Of a DNA stretch of 64,000 nt, positions 41,547-56,148 are shown piece after piece; the stretch's first letter is position 1; each line of letters begins with the position of its first letter. The stretch covers positions 328,848,001 to 328,912,000 of the forward strand of contig OZ024742.1 in assembly GCA_964016885.1 (NCBI GenBank). The letters are read 5' to 3'. The stretch is from Eledone cirrhosa (taxonomy: Eukaryota). A model generated the notes under the pieces. The model saw nothing but the letters and a program-made list of their open reading frames with translations. It made no database searches and was not told the origin of the DNA. Both the position numbers and the translations under genes were made by a program.

Positions 41547-41603
<57 letters not shown>

Positions 41604-41727
41604 AAATAAACACATGAAACAATCACAGGGAATAATTTGTAAAGTGTGTAATCACACATCTAGGTAGGTAACTAATTAAAGTTTAACTAGAGCTTCAAAT
41701 ATTACCTTTTAAAAAATGATTAATCTT

Positions 41728-41809
41728 CCTTGTATATATTTCATTAAAGAAATATATTTCACCATTAATCGGTAAAGTCACAGTATTCGAATATGGATTT
41801 TCAGCAAGG
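41728..41809 (-). ncRNA. HHR-like motif with long stems II and III and an uncompensated CUGAAAA core
   Basis: ccttg-CTGAAAA-t-ccat..atgg-t-GAAA-tatatttc/gaaatata-TA-caagg. Confidence 0.6.
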
Positions 41810-41850
41810 GAGAAGATTTAACTATCTGTGTTTACACATCACATGCAAAT

Positions 41851-42774
41851 CTGCCAGGAAATGGTATAGAGTATCTGTTCTATCTCTAATGTCAAAGAGT
41901 TAAGGTTAGGTGGATACTGAGTAGTCTCCCTTTAAAAGGGTTTTTTGTACATGCCTGTTTAAGTGTGTGGGGAATGCGTGAATGTGTAAGTATATGTGTG
42001 TGTGTGTGTGAGAGTGTGAAAAGATATGTCTATACGTAAATGTGGGGGATAGATGTTCTCTCGTATTGGAACTGGTCTTTGTGTGTGTGTGAGAGAGGAT
42101 AAGTGGAGGTGTAAGCGTGTGTGTGTTTGTGTGTGTGTGTGTGCGTGTGAGGGGGGAGGGGGTGTAAATATGGGGCTAGATGCACTATCAAGTTATAAAA
42201 TGGGTGTTGAGTTCTAGTATATTATGGATTTGTGGTTGTGTTGTGTCTATAATTAGTGCTTCCTTAATTCTAAGATTGACGAGGTTTCTTTCCTTAGTTT
42301 CTATCCTAACTGTTATGGTTAGAATTAAGAAAGCACTAATTATAGACAAAACACAACCACCAATCAATAATAGACTAGAACTCAACACCCAATTTATAAC
42401 TTGATAGACCATTTAGCCCCGTATTTACCCCCACCCCCTCCCACACACACGCACACACACACACACACGCACACACACACAGACACACACGCTTACACCT
42501 CCACTTATTTTCTCTCACAAACACACATACACACACAAAGACCAGTTCTAACATGAGAGAACATCTATCCCCCACATTTCCGTATAGACATATCTTCTCA
42601 CACTCACACACACACACACACACACACACATGCTTACACATTCACGCATTCTCCCACACACTTAAACAGGCATGTACAAAAAAAACCTTTTAAAGGGAGA
42701 CTATTCTTTATCCACCTAACCTTAACTCTTTGACATTAGAGATAGAACAGATACTCTATACCATTTCCTGTCAG
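41851..42774. mobile_element. Head-to-head pair of 5'-truncated PLE 3' ends (~450-bp arms), each starting in the C-terminus of the GIY-YIG ORF
   Basis: Imperfect palindrome centred near 42310; arms encode LRIKEALIIDTTQPQIHN / RIKKALIIDKTQPPINN. Confidence 0.78.
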
Positions 42775-42821
42775 CATGACTTGGCAAGCTATTTAGAACA
42801 CTGGTTTAACCGCTTTACTTC

Positions 42822-42853
42822 CCTCCGAAGAAGAGATATCTCGAAAATTAAGG
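42822..42853 (+). ncRNA. Very small HHR-like motif with CCGAAGA core
   Basis: cct-CCGAAGA-a-gag/ctc-GAAA-at-TA-agg followed by aataaa. Confidence 0.5.
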
Positions 42854-42999
42854 ACATTTAAATAAATCTAAGGCAAAATACATTTGCATTCTTTATTCTA
42901 TGTCCATACCTGCATTGTTTTGGTATATTATACATACACAAACGTTTATACCCCATTACACAATGCTTCAAGTGAACTATAACTTCCTCCATATATATA

Positions 43000-43165
<166 letters not shown>

Positions 43166-43460
43166 AAGTAAAAGTTTACTGCCTTGCACCACAGCCGTTA
43201 TGCATATTTCAATGACATCTAATATAGTGACATTGTTAATGCTTAGAAATGTACATAAGCGGTGTTATGCAAGACCGTCTCTTCTTATTGCATGATATTG
43301 ATAATATGCTTGACACCATATACGTAATAGCTTTTGGGGCACCTATGACGCGCAATGTTTATGCTTGACTAACCATACTTAGTTTGTTGCTTAGATCAAC
43401 AGTATAGATTATGAACTAAACACACACACGCCCGCGCACACAGACACAAATATATACATA

Positions 43461-43537
<77 letters not shown>

Positions 43538-43902
43538 AAAAATTGACAGTCACACGTAGCCATACACACGCGCACTCCCTTTAAAGATCACACACGGAAA
43601 GCTTTCAATCTGCACAGAAGCAATATCCATGACTCACCTAAACTCTCCACCACAGCACCTATTCCCGAATAATGGATTACTAGCCTGCCACAGCCTGCCA
43701 TCAAAATTTTATTTTTATTTTTCGAAACTCCTATTTTCCAACTCTTTTGATCTGTCCGAACTCTCCATTTCCTGAAGAGGGACTTATATCTGAAATTCAA
43801 ACTCTCTTCTAAGTTCATCTAAGCGTGATAGTACTAAGACCTTCTGTCTCTGTATCTTTGTGTTTGTCTTGTCATTTCTTGAACAATTGATATATATATA
43901 TA

Positions 43903-44095
43903 AAGATTCAGCGAAAATCGCATTTTCGGCGCGCAGGAAAAGCGAAGCGAAACGCAAAAGTCAGAAATGATACTGGCAAAGTGCTCAATAATTAAAAACC
44001 AGAGCTAAACAATGTGTTAAAAAGCCATACAAAAATGAAAAGGTGGTCAAGAAGGCATTAATCACCAAAGCCAAAAACCAAATCAAGCTAAACAG
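43903..44095. repeat. Interspersed repeat abutting (TA)n, second copy at ~50410-50597
   Basis: Shared gcgaa..cgaaacgcaaaa..ccatacaaa..gtggtcaagaaggcattaa. Confidence 0.65.
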
Positions 44096-44512
44096 GTCAA
44101 AACAAAATAAATGATAAAAAATAAATGATAACCAGACCTGGACTCCCGGAATTGCTGTTAAAATCCGATGTAAAGTTTCTGTGACACCTAAATCAAAATA
44201 CAGTCTGCTTAAAAATATAAGCTTTGTGTATAACGATCGAACAAGGAATATCACGTTATCAACAAGTATTTCGCTCTGTACCAAATAAGTGAATGACACG
44301 GTGGTAAGTTAAACCACGTCTGGAAATCACAAGGGGAATAACCCCAGATTTTGGCAAAGTAATTCAGTTAGAGTAAATCATGCGAAAAATAGCATAAATA
44401 GCACAAATCAAACATAGTGGTGGAACACTGGAAGGTAATATCCGTAGTGATAAAGAACTTTGTGTTGGTTAACCGACACAAAGTTAAACTAGGATAATCC
44501 TGCGCTAAGAAC

Positions 44513-44998
44513 ATGAAGGCCCACATCACCAGCAGCCCTAGGAGCAACAACCCACCAGGGTACTCTTGCAGTAAGCCTGAAGCTTGCCCCCTTCAACAGC
44601 AATTCAACACACCAGCTGTAATTTATGAAGCTGTGGTCACTTCCAACCGACCAAACCAACCACAGGAGGTCAAATCCTATGTGGGCATGTCGGAGGGCCG
44701 ATTTAAGGAACGCTTGCTGAACCACCAGTCTACCTTCAGGTACCCAGGCAGACGTTCATCCACGAAACTCGCGAGCCACGTATGGTACCTCAAGGCCTCA
44801 AGTATAGACTACTCCATTCAATGGAAAGCCATCACTAAGTCCAAGATATACGCAAGGGGAAATACGACGTGTTGCTTATGTATTGACGAACGAATAATTA
44901 TTCTAAAGCGATTACGCAACAATGATTGCCTAAACACGAGAAATGAATTTTCCACACGTTGTCCACACGTCGCCAAACACCTTATGCATAACTACTAG
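44513..44998 (+). CDS. PLE GIY-YIG endonuclease domain (open frame, RT absent)
   Basis: SCSKPEACPL..VIYEAVV..SYVGMSEGRFKERLLNHQSTF..CCLCIDE..RCPH; upstream NRHKVKLG*SC; degenerate HHR at 45173-45211. Confidence 0.75.
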   Translation: MKAHITSSPRSNNPPGYSCSKPEACPLQQQFNTPAVIYEAVVTSNRPNQPQEVKSYVGMSEGRFKERLLNHQSTFRYPGRRSSTKLASHVWYLKASSIDYSIQWKAITKSKIYARGNTTCCLCIDERIIILKRLRNNDCLNTRNEFSTRCPHVAKHLMHNY

Positions 44999-45238
44999 GC
45001 TCCGGACTGATTCTTTGTAATTTTATTTTCAACCTAGAAACTTTTCGGACTTTCGCAGTTATCTCGCTTACACCTCTTGCACGCAGTCTAGTATTGCCAG
45101 TGTGAAGTGACCGGGTTTCTACGCATGCGCGTTCGTACGGTTGTCCTTCCTGTTCCTATAACCATGCCCATTCCGAGCAGAGGATCCGTAAGTTGAAACA
45201 ATTTTTCTCGGTATGGTGAACTAACTGTGGTGTAACCA

Positions 45239-45328
<90 letters not shown>

Positions 45329-45709
45329 AAGTTAGTTTTATTGAAGCACAATAAAGCAATGCAAATATCGGATAAGTAGCAATCTTTCTCTCCTCTCTCT
45401 TTCTCTATCCTTCCTCTTTCTTATACTCTTCCTCCGTTATCCTTTCCTTCTTTTTTCTCTTTTCCTTTCTTCCTCTTCCTTACTTTTCTCCCCTTCCTTT
45501 CCATTTTTCCAATCTCCTATATCCTTTTAAATTTATTTATCATATGTTGTTTAGACGCTACCTGGCTCACAAGTGTCTTTTGAAGCTTCATATCACGTCT
45601 CCCAATTTTATCTGTTGAGAACGCAAATATCGCCCCAGGTTGATATTTGTTTTTGCAATGCTCATAATAAAATAGATGGACCTTTCTTAACCATCTTTTA
45701 ATTTCTTCT

Positions 45710-45781
<72 letters not shown>

Positions 45782-45905
45782 CATATATATATAAATATAT
45801 ATATACATATATATACATATATATATACATATATATATAAATATATATATATATATACATATATATACATATATATATATACATATGTATATATACATAT
45901 ATATT

Positions 45906-45957
<52 letters not shown>

Positions 45958-45971
45958 CATATATATTTATA

Positions 45972-46035
<64 letters not shown>

Positions 46036-46050
46036 TATATACATATATAC

Positions 46051-46453
46051 GCCTTGTGGAGGCGGATGGCTTAGTGTTTAGAGCAGTAGGCTTGCAATCG
46101 AAAGGGTGAGTTCAATTCTCGGACCGGGTGATGTGTTGTTTCCTTGAGCAAGACACTTTCTTTCACGTTGCTCCAGTTTACTCAGCTGAAAATGAGTACC
46201 AGCAATAGCTGGAGGTTTAACCGTGCGATGGACTGGCGTCCCCTGTCAAGGGGGGAGTCTTGTACTTTCAGTCGCTTAACGCCATGAAACCTGGATAAGC
46301 ACTGGCCAAATGAGCCTTCTGGCAGACTTAAGACTTACGGCCTGGCCGCCCAGACAGTGGGATGGCGTCATCATATGGCTAAAACAGCACGTGCTGCGAC
46401 CAACGGCGCCGAGCGACGCCCGACAGGCTGGTTGGTCAAGGTAGTCAAGGTGG
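46051..46453 (+). mobile_element. tRNA-derived SINE family B with a CORE-like block
   Basis: A-box TGGCTTAGTG, B-box-like GAGTTCAATTC, then tccttgagcaagacact; tail shared with 10521-10640. Confidence 0.78.
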
Positions 46454-46677
46454 ATATACACCTTATAAACTTCATTATACACTTCTAATCACATTTCATG
46501 TAGCATAAAGAAACCTAACAAATTTTTGGCTGAAACCGGTACGACAAATTCTTTTTTTGTAAAGAAATGTTTTGCTGGTTTATGAAAATATTCTATTAAC
46601 ATTTTCTTCTGTTGTACATTTTTAAAATAATATATATCAACTTGTGGTGTGTGTGTATGTGTGTGTACACACAGACA

Positions 46678-46732
<55 letters not shown>

Positions 46733-46917
46733 ATAATAATAAATATGAAGACTAAAATCCAAAGAGGGCTCGCAATGGATAAATATATATCAAATATATA
46801 AGAACCCTAGAGCAAATATTTACTAAAATAACTGCTTAAAGTTTAAGCAAATATCGGTGCTTTCAGAAAATCCCGTTAAGTTGGAAAGCAGCGATTCTTT
46901 GCTTAAACTTTAATCTG

Positions 46918-47024
<107 letters not shown>

Positions 47025-47070
47025 CGCAAGATTACTGTCTAGAAAAAAATAACACAGTAGTTTTATTTTA

Positions 47071-48314
<1,244 letters not shown>

Positions 48315-48378
48315 GTAATTCCGTAGGAAAAGTCCAGGAAAAAAGAGTGCTCTATGTATATATGTATATATACCATCT

Positions 48379-48900
48379 ATGAAGTCCAAAATCACCAGTT
48401 CAAACCATACGAGAATAAATCCAGGATGCAGTTGCAGGAAGCCGGAAGAATGCCCATTGCAGGAGGATAAATGTAACACCAAATCTGTTGTTTATGAGGC
48501 TAAGATAACACCGGTAATCAACAACCAGCCAGTCCGGAGTGAGCGATATGTCGGTATGACCCAGGACAGATTTAAAACCAGATTTTACTCACATGTCGCC
48601 TCTTTTAAGCACTCCGATAAACGAACATCAACGGCCCTCGCAAGTAAGGTGTGGGAACTCAAGGATAGTAACATCCCGTACTCTATTGATTGGTCTATAT
48701 TAGACCGTTCGAGGGAGTACCAAAGGGGCACAAAGAATTGTTCTTTGTGTACCACAGAAAAGTATAGGATTTTGCTAAACTTGAGAGCCACTTCCGCTTG
48801 CCTTAACTCAAAGACTGAGATCTTCAGATGCTGTCCTCATCTGAAATCGCATCTGATCTGTAACTGGATTGACACTCCTATGATAAATCAACCGCCTTGA
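48379..48900 (+). CDS. PLE GIY-YIG endonuclease domain (open frame, RT absent)
   Basis: GCSCRKPEECPL..VVYEAKI..RYVGMTQDRFKTRFYSHVASF..CSLCTTE..CCPH. Confidence 0.78.
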   Translation: MKSKITSSNHTRINPGCSCRKPEECPLQEDKCNTKSVVYEAKITPVINNQPVRSERYVGMTQDRFKTRFYSHVASFKHSDKRTSTALASKVWELKDSNIPYSIDWSILDRSREYQRGTKNCSLCTTEKYRILLNLRATSACLNSKTEIFRCCPHLKSHLICNWIDTPMINQPP

Positions 48901-49106
48901 ACTCCTTTCCTGCTCTTTACTTCTGCTACGGTTTTTATTTTGCTGAATCTACGTTCTGTACTCTTGTATATATTTTTTTTTCTCCCTTACCTCCCCTTAT
49001 ATTTCACCTTTTCCTATGTCCCCCCCCCCAATATATTCTTTTTGCCTTGCCCTTCACATACCTATGTGTATGTATATGTATATTTGTGTGTATATATATT
49101 TATATA

Positions 49107-49147
<41 letters not shown>

Positions 49148-49372
49148 GTGTGTATAGGTATGTATATGTAGATAGACCAGGTTTTTTTCAATCTGAAGAT
49201 TGAAGGAAACATTTTTTACTTTTAAGAAACCACTGGTGAATGGAATCATTGCCTTATGTTGCTTATTACTTTATTACTTTACTACTATATATATGTATAT
49301 GTAAGTTTCAGATGAATTATCTAAGACTGAGTTTTACACACACACACATGTATATGTGTATGTATGTGTATG

Positions 49373-49405
<33 letters not shown>

Positions 49406-50022
49406 TTGTATTTGGTTGTGCGTGTTTATGATATGTACGCCTTTGTACGTGTATAATTATATAGCTATGTATGTATATGTGTGTATTTTTATATTTATGC
49501 ATATATATATATATATATGTATGTGTATATAATTACATATACATATGTGTGTGTATATGTGTGTGTATAATTGTATACGTGTGCGTGTGCGTGTTTGTGC
49601 ATGTATTTGTGCATGTGTATGTATGTGTTTATGTATTTGTATATGTATATTTATGTGTGAGAGTGTGTGTATGTATTTACTATTTCGTACGTATGTATAC
49701 GTGCATTTGTGTGTATTACTTACCACGCGTGTCTGTCCAGTTACCTGCCGTTTGTATCGCTGTCAACATTTTTTTTTAATATATATATTTTTTTTTCTTA
49801 TATTTATTTGCGTGTGTGAATATGTAGAGGGGTGCATTTATGTATGTGTATGTATGTGTGTATATATGTGTGTGTGGTTGTATATATGTATGTGTATGTA
49901 TGGATGTGTTGATATTTATGTGCGTATGTATATATGTATGTGTTTGTGTGTATTTATATACACATATATGTGTGTATATATGTGTGTTTGTGTATGTATG
50001 AGTGTATGTATATGTGTATATA

Positions 50023-50077
<55 letters not shown>

Positions 50078-50241
50078 GTGTGTATGTATGCTTTTGTGTG
50101 TGAGTGTGCGTGTTTTTGTGTGTGTGTTTGCATGTGTAGTTTTATTTTATTTTTCCTTCCTTCTTCCTTCTCCAGCCTCACTTTCATATAGATTGCATTT
50201 TTGTTTTTAAAATCCAAATTCAATAAACAGACCAGGATTTT

Positions 50242-50299
50242 TTCATTCTGAGGATTGAAAGCAAAATCTTTTACTTTTAAGAAACCACTGGTAAATGGA
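50242..50299 (+). ncRNA. Hammerhead ribozyme; related copy at 49187-49244 has a non-cleavable GUG triplet
   Basis: ttcatt-CTGAGGA-ttgaaag/cttttaa-GAAA-ccactgg-TA-aatgga. Confidence 0.75.
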
Positions 50300-50324
50300 A
50301 TAATTGCCTTATGTTGTTTATACA

Positions 50325-50408
<84 letters not shown>

Positions 50409-50906
50409 TAAATTCACCGAGAATCGTATTTCGGCTGGTAGAAGAAGCGAAACGAAACGCAAAATCGTAGAAATGCTGGCAAGCGCTCCAATACTTAAGA
50501 AAACTAGACCTAAACAATATGTTAAAACGCCATACAAACTGAAAAAGTGGTCAAGAAGGCATTAACCACCTATGCCAAAAAACAAATCAGGCTAAATCAG
50601 GAAGCTGACTGTCCAAGTAAATATGGTGGTATTTATATATTTTCTAGTGGTAGGACAGGGAATGGTGGAGGTCTTTGGTTGATGGGTTTAAAGAAAAGGG
50701 AAATCTATAAAAGCTAATTCTTCAAAGCTATATTTAGAGTGACAAAGGCAGAACGGATTCTATAAACAAGTTCAAATTGGGGTGCCTCTCACAATTGTTA
50801 AGCTATATTTCAGGTGTTTTCATGCACATTCACACACACACACACGCACACACATATATATATATATAAAGTATCATCTTATCAGTTAATGTTACTATAT
50901 ATATAT

Positions 50907-51772
50907 ATGAAATAGTCTTTTTAAGACTATATAGAGCATTTGAAGTTTTTCCAATTTGAAGTTTTTCCAAGTTAAGGCTCTATTGAGTTTTCCCTGGATT
51001 TCAGAAAATTCTATAGATAAATCTATGTCTTGATTTTTTAAAAATTGAGTTTGAATTATTTTCCCACATCTTACGTTAATTATTTTCCATTTTGACGTTA
51101 TAGTCACTTATATATTATGAAATACTGTTGGCTCCACGCTCACAATAATTTCTATACTTTCATTTATATTTATACTCGGAATTTTTTCCAAGTGTGCTTA
51201 AAATTATTTGTGAATAATCACGATCTTTTTTAAAAGAACCGTGATAATATCGCTATTTTGCTGAACTCCTTACATTTGTAGAGTTTTTTTTCGGAATGTT
51301 TTTTGACTGATGTTTCCTGTAAACAAACATTCGTCTCCTTCTGACGTCACCAGCCATGTCTCTCCATGTGCGTTTATTTTCATATTTACGCATGAGTTGA
51401 ACTAACCTGCTTTTAAATTCCCTTTATAGCATATTTCTGGCAGTGCATTTGGGTTATCGTGTTGGGCGTGACCATCCCCACTGAAAGTTTCGTGAAATAG
51501 TCTTTTTAAGATAATATAGAGCATTTGAAGTTTTTCCAAATTGAAGGATGAGTATTTAAACTTTATTTTATTCAGAGTTAAGGCTCTATTGATTTTCCCC
51601 TGGATTTCCCAAAATTCTATGGATAAATCTATGTTTTTATTTTTTAAAAAATTGAGTTTGAATTATTTTCCCACATCTTACGTTAATTATTTTCAAATTT
51701 GACGTTATAGTCACTTATATATATATTATGAAATACTGTTGGTTTCACGCTCACAATAATTTCTATACTTTC

Positions 51773-51776
<4 letters not shown>
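50907..51776. repeat. ~270-bp direct repeat (50907-51170 and 51493-51776) between (TA)n tracts, PLE-like layout
   Basis: tgaaatagtctttttaaga..ctatactttcatttata duplicated at an offset of ~590-610 bp. Confidence 0.75.
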
Positions 51777-51831
<55 letters not shown>

Positions 51832-54489
51832 TGTACACATAGTAAAATGAACTGATAAGATGTATGAAAGAAAACAAAGATGCTATTTACAGGTTACCAT
51901 CGCACCTCCTGATAGAATTTGCTGCATGACATTTAACGAAACTATTATTTAAAATCGTACGTTGTCTTTCACCTCTCCAGTTGCTAATAAAATACGAATC
52001 AAGCAATAACTGGGAGTGATACACTTGGATGTTCTGTCTTAACAACTTTTTGGTTTTGTGTCTATGTAAGATAACCTCATAAATTGGTATTGATCTTTTT
52101 GGTGGTAAACTTGGTGCTATTGCTACTGTTGCTACTGCTGTTAAACTAGGAGAGATCTAAACTATAAGAATATATAGGAAAGAATCGATGATCACATCAG
52201 AGCAGACCAAGGAAACCATGAGTCCATTAATACTTTTGATAAAATTAGTCGATCGCAACCTCTGGCAGAGTGATGTGAGATTTGATCTCAGAACACACAG
52301 CACAGGATCAATCACATTCCATCCGACTCTTTAACAGTATCATCAATCCTCCAACATCGGATGGTAGTTTATTAGTCGACACCGAAACGATGAATGGCAA
52401 AGTCAAAATCGGCGGGGTTAGAACACAGAACACAGGGAGATGGAAGAAATAATAAGGCGTTTAATCCAACGATCCAACGTCTCTGCGTATATTATAATGG
52501 GTTCTTGAACAAACAATTTCGTGAGTATGGCAGGGATGAACTGTGATATATAATTTGCACACCTTTCTCCAATAAACGCTGAATAATGGTTTCTAATTTA
52601 GGCGAAGCCCATCAACTTGGAGTAAGTGGATAGTCAGTTATATCGACCCTAGTCCTAGATTGGTAATTTATATTATCAACCAAGAAAACAATGTTGATAT
52701 TTGTAGTATTCGATTTAAAAGCAAAAGGGCCGGAAGAACTATTGCACATTCTTAGTTCTAACGCTTTAACATTTCTCACGATCCACCGGCTTTATGAGAG
52801 TTAAATTATTCTCCATATTTAACAATTCAAACTTGTTATTACTACTGACACATCGGTAGGAATGTTCTTATCACACACCAATCACAACATCCGGAAATAG
52901 ATATGCTGATAAACCAAGCAGAGATAAAGTTCTTGTAACTGTTGTTGTGTTAATACTTTCCTTGGTGTTCTCCCTATCATCGCACCAGAGATTTTTGTGT
53001 TTCTTACTACCCTTAATTCTGCCTCATGTGCCAGTACACAAACAGATAACTCTGCTTAAGAGCAAGACTGGCGCTACCATTAAGGTCAAATGGCAGCCAC
53101 CTCGGGCCCAGATCATAAAGAAGCACTTTACTGAAACTTAAATTTGTATACTTAAATTAAACATTTAATAATACCCTACTGAAATAAATAAATCACGAAA
53201 CATCCTTGCCGTGTAGCAAGTTTTTAAAAATATTCAATGTGACGGAGTTGACTGTATGGTGTTATTACCTTTCATATCATTTAGCAAAGGCGTGTGTGTA
53301 ATGTGTAGAAGAAAATTCTACTTTAGCAATTTTCTTAGTGTAGTCAAAACAAGATGTTTCAAAACTAGGTTTGACCAAACTAAATTGTAAATATCTCATA
53401 AGAATGTGGCTCACATTGTAGATCTGGCTTAGGAACTTGTTCTACACTTAATATCCATCATGTACCAGGCATCAAAGCGATAACTGTTTGAGAGAAACGG
53501 ACATCCTTTACTAGACTCAATGTATCTCTTGTCAGGGTTGAATAATGCAGGATTCTTAGTGTCATCAGGGCTGTTAGAAAGAGCACTCTAGTTGTCAGCC
53601 TGGTTTCAACTCATACAGAAGTACTACCTCTCTAATACTATCATTAATGAAGATTGACACCCAATAAATAATCCATTGATAGCTTTTATGGAATTTTAAA
53701 AATCATTTGAGACGGTAAATTAGCTGCATCATTAAAATGTTGGATATAATGCTTACAGTATTATTTACAATTCTGCACTCAGAATTCAAATGCCACCGAA
53801 GTCGACTTTGCTTTTCATACTTTCGAGATCGACAGATATTTTAAAAGTCGATTCTTCTTTTATATTTCTTACTTACTTTACTTTCTCTGGTCCACTCTCT
53901 CCCACACACACGCTACGCCATCTCTCACTTTATTTCCCTCTCTCTCCGGAAGAAATTGGCAGCGTTCAAACCTGGAGAGTTCCGTCGGGTTTAAATACCA
54001 ACGAGTGCACAAATATGATTCTATCGTGATTTAAGAGACCACATTCCTTCATTAGGCTTACGGATAATTATTTATTTAGAGTGCCGTGTGTTTACGGTTA
54101 TGGTTATATTCTGTAACTCAGTGGTTCCTGAAAAGGAGGTCAATAAATGAAGGACCAGCCTCGAAAAAATACGTAATGGTCTCTATGATTTCACTAGAAA
54201 TACCTCTTCATGTGGTGCTCCAACATGGCCGCGGTATGGTTACTGAAAACAGTCAAAGAGCAATGTTATGTCCATTTATAGTAATTATCTTTAAGTTACA
54301 ATTTGAGAGGGTGGGGGTTGAATAGGTTAATGGAAATGAGTACTTGAGTTGTGCTTCATGTTATCGACCCAGTAAGGATGAAGGTAAATTTGATCTGTAT
54401 TTGAACTCAACATAAGGAGAAGGAACTTCCTTAATGCGAGGAAATTAACCCGACGTGCAATTCATCGGCCTTATGCCATTTTTAACAAT

Positions 54490-54706
54490 AATTGTTTCTA
54501 TTTTAGCCACAAGGCCAGCAATTTGAAGGGTGGGGTACGTCGATGAATTCGATCCTAGTGAGTTACTGGTGCGAAATTTATCGATCCCGTAAGGATGAAA
54601 GGCTAAGCTAACCTCGGTGGGATTTGAACCCAGCACGTAAAAGGCCGTAACTCTATTCCGCAAAGCTTGGTGTCCGACGCTCTACCGATATGGCCAATCC
54701 ACCGCC
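54490..54706 (-). mobile_element. SINE family A, longer and more diverged subtype
   Basis: Head and body match with an extra internal segment. Confidence 0.8.
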
Positions 54707-55872
54707 CTCATAATGCTAACATTATGCTAGAGACATATTTATAAATCATTTGGATTGCGCAATATATTTCCTCTTTACTGTTGTAAAATGTACTGACGAC
54801 ATTGCACATCTTTTAAGTATATATACACATGGGAATCTGAACTCGATAAATTAAAGCTCACAAAGATGCCTTGTTGGGGTGCTGGATATCATGTTCATAT
54901 ATAACGTCACACGGACTCAGGGGAATTATATCATTTCACCGAAGCAAAAGGAGTGACAAGCCGCTTGGAGCGTCAGCGGAGTTTAATGTCAGAATTGTGC
55001 AATTTACAAACAGGAAATGTTACTCACAAAGCATTGGTCAACATGATGTTACAGTAGAAGGCACATGTCTAACGTGCTACATATAAAGACTGAAATTGAA
55101 ATCATCTGGCTATAAAATGAACTCATTAACGACAGGTCATACCATGCTATCGTATAACAGTCAACAACTATTATGCTTCTACTGCATTCAGTTTATAGCC
55201 TGAGGTCATGTTGGGGCACTGCCTTTATTAATCAATCATAAAACACTTGTAGTTATTTTTCAGGTCTAATACATACTTTATTGAAATATTTACACACTCA
55301 CACGCGTACGCACACACTCGCACGCGCACACACACACACACACACATACGTTTACATCCAAACATGTGCACACGCACACACACACACTCATACAAATACA
55401 CATACGTATGCAATTTCCTTCTACATTATTCCACTCATAAGACATTGGTCAACCTGAGGATATATAAGAATAGAAGCTTGCCTAATGTACCAAGCAGTCG
55501 GGTTGAACCTGAAATCACGAGGGTGCAAAGCGAACTTCGTAATCATACAGGCATGCCATCTTTCTTTATCTTTTAATATACTCAACAACTGTTATATAAA
55601 TAAACCCCTTTTACTATTTCTTTCACTTTCGCTCTCATGACTTGCCATTTCCTTTTTACGTTGAAGAGGTGCATTAAACGGCAGTTAGTGACCCATCACA
55701 TCAACCTACCGCCAGATGGCGTTTAACACAATTTCCTGTCTATTCAGATCGAGTCTGTCATATTACTGAATTCTACTAAAGTCTGTCTTCAGCTCAGAAT
55801 TTGTTTCCTCGCGGGGGCGTGCGAACCCCTGTCTGCTCACGTTGCAATGTGTACTCATCCTCCTCACATTCG

Positions 55873-55965
<93 letters not shown>

Positions 55966-56037
55966 TCTCTCGCTCTCTCTCTATATATATATATGCGAGT
56001 ATTGGCTGGGGTGGGGTGTTGCAAGTGTATGTATATG

Positions 56038-56148
<111 letters not shown>

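Larger units (their letters stand above)
40092..41551 (+). mobile_element. Retrozyme-like HHR repeat: four tandem 310-bp units (40305-41551) preceded by a ~215-bp inverted copy (40092-40306), inside (TA)n
   Basis: Exact 310-bp periodicity (tctgccggac at 40321, 40631, 40941, 41251); only one unit difference seen (41204); one HHR per unit. Confidence 0.92.

Noticed and set aside
40305-41551. 310-bp and 91-bp (58300-58752) arrays as CRISPR
   Set aside because: Whole units repeat with no unique spacers, no cas genes, eukaryotic context
42180-42412. Two overlapping hydrophobic 74-aa ORFs as small membrane proteins
   Set aside because: They are mirror translations across the palindrome axis; only the GIY-YIG C-terminal half of each is meaningful
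46060-46130. tRNA genes at SINE heads (also 59525-59600, 55490-55560)
   Set aside because: A/B boxes present but no complete cloverleaf could be drawn; they run into SINE bodies or are degenerate
50907-50995. Possible permuted (type II) hammerhead: GAAA-stem-ATA-tagagc..gctcta-TTGA
   Set aside because: Core reads TTGAGTT or TTGATTT, lacking positions 8-9, and no stem II partner was found
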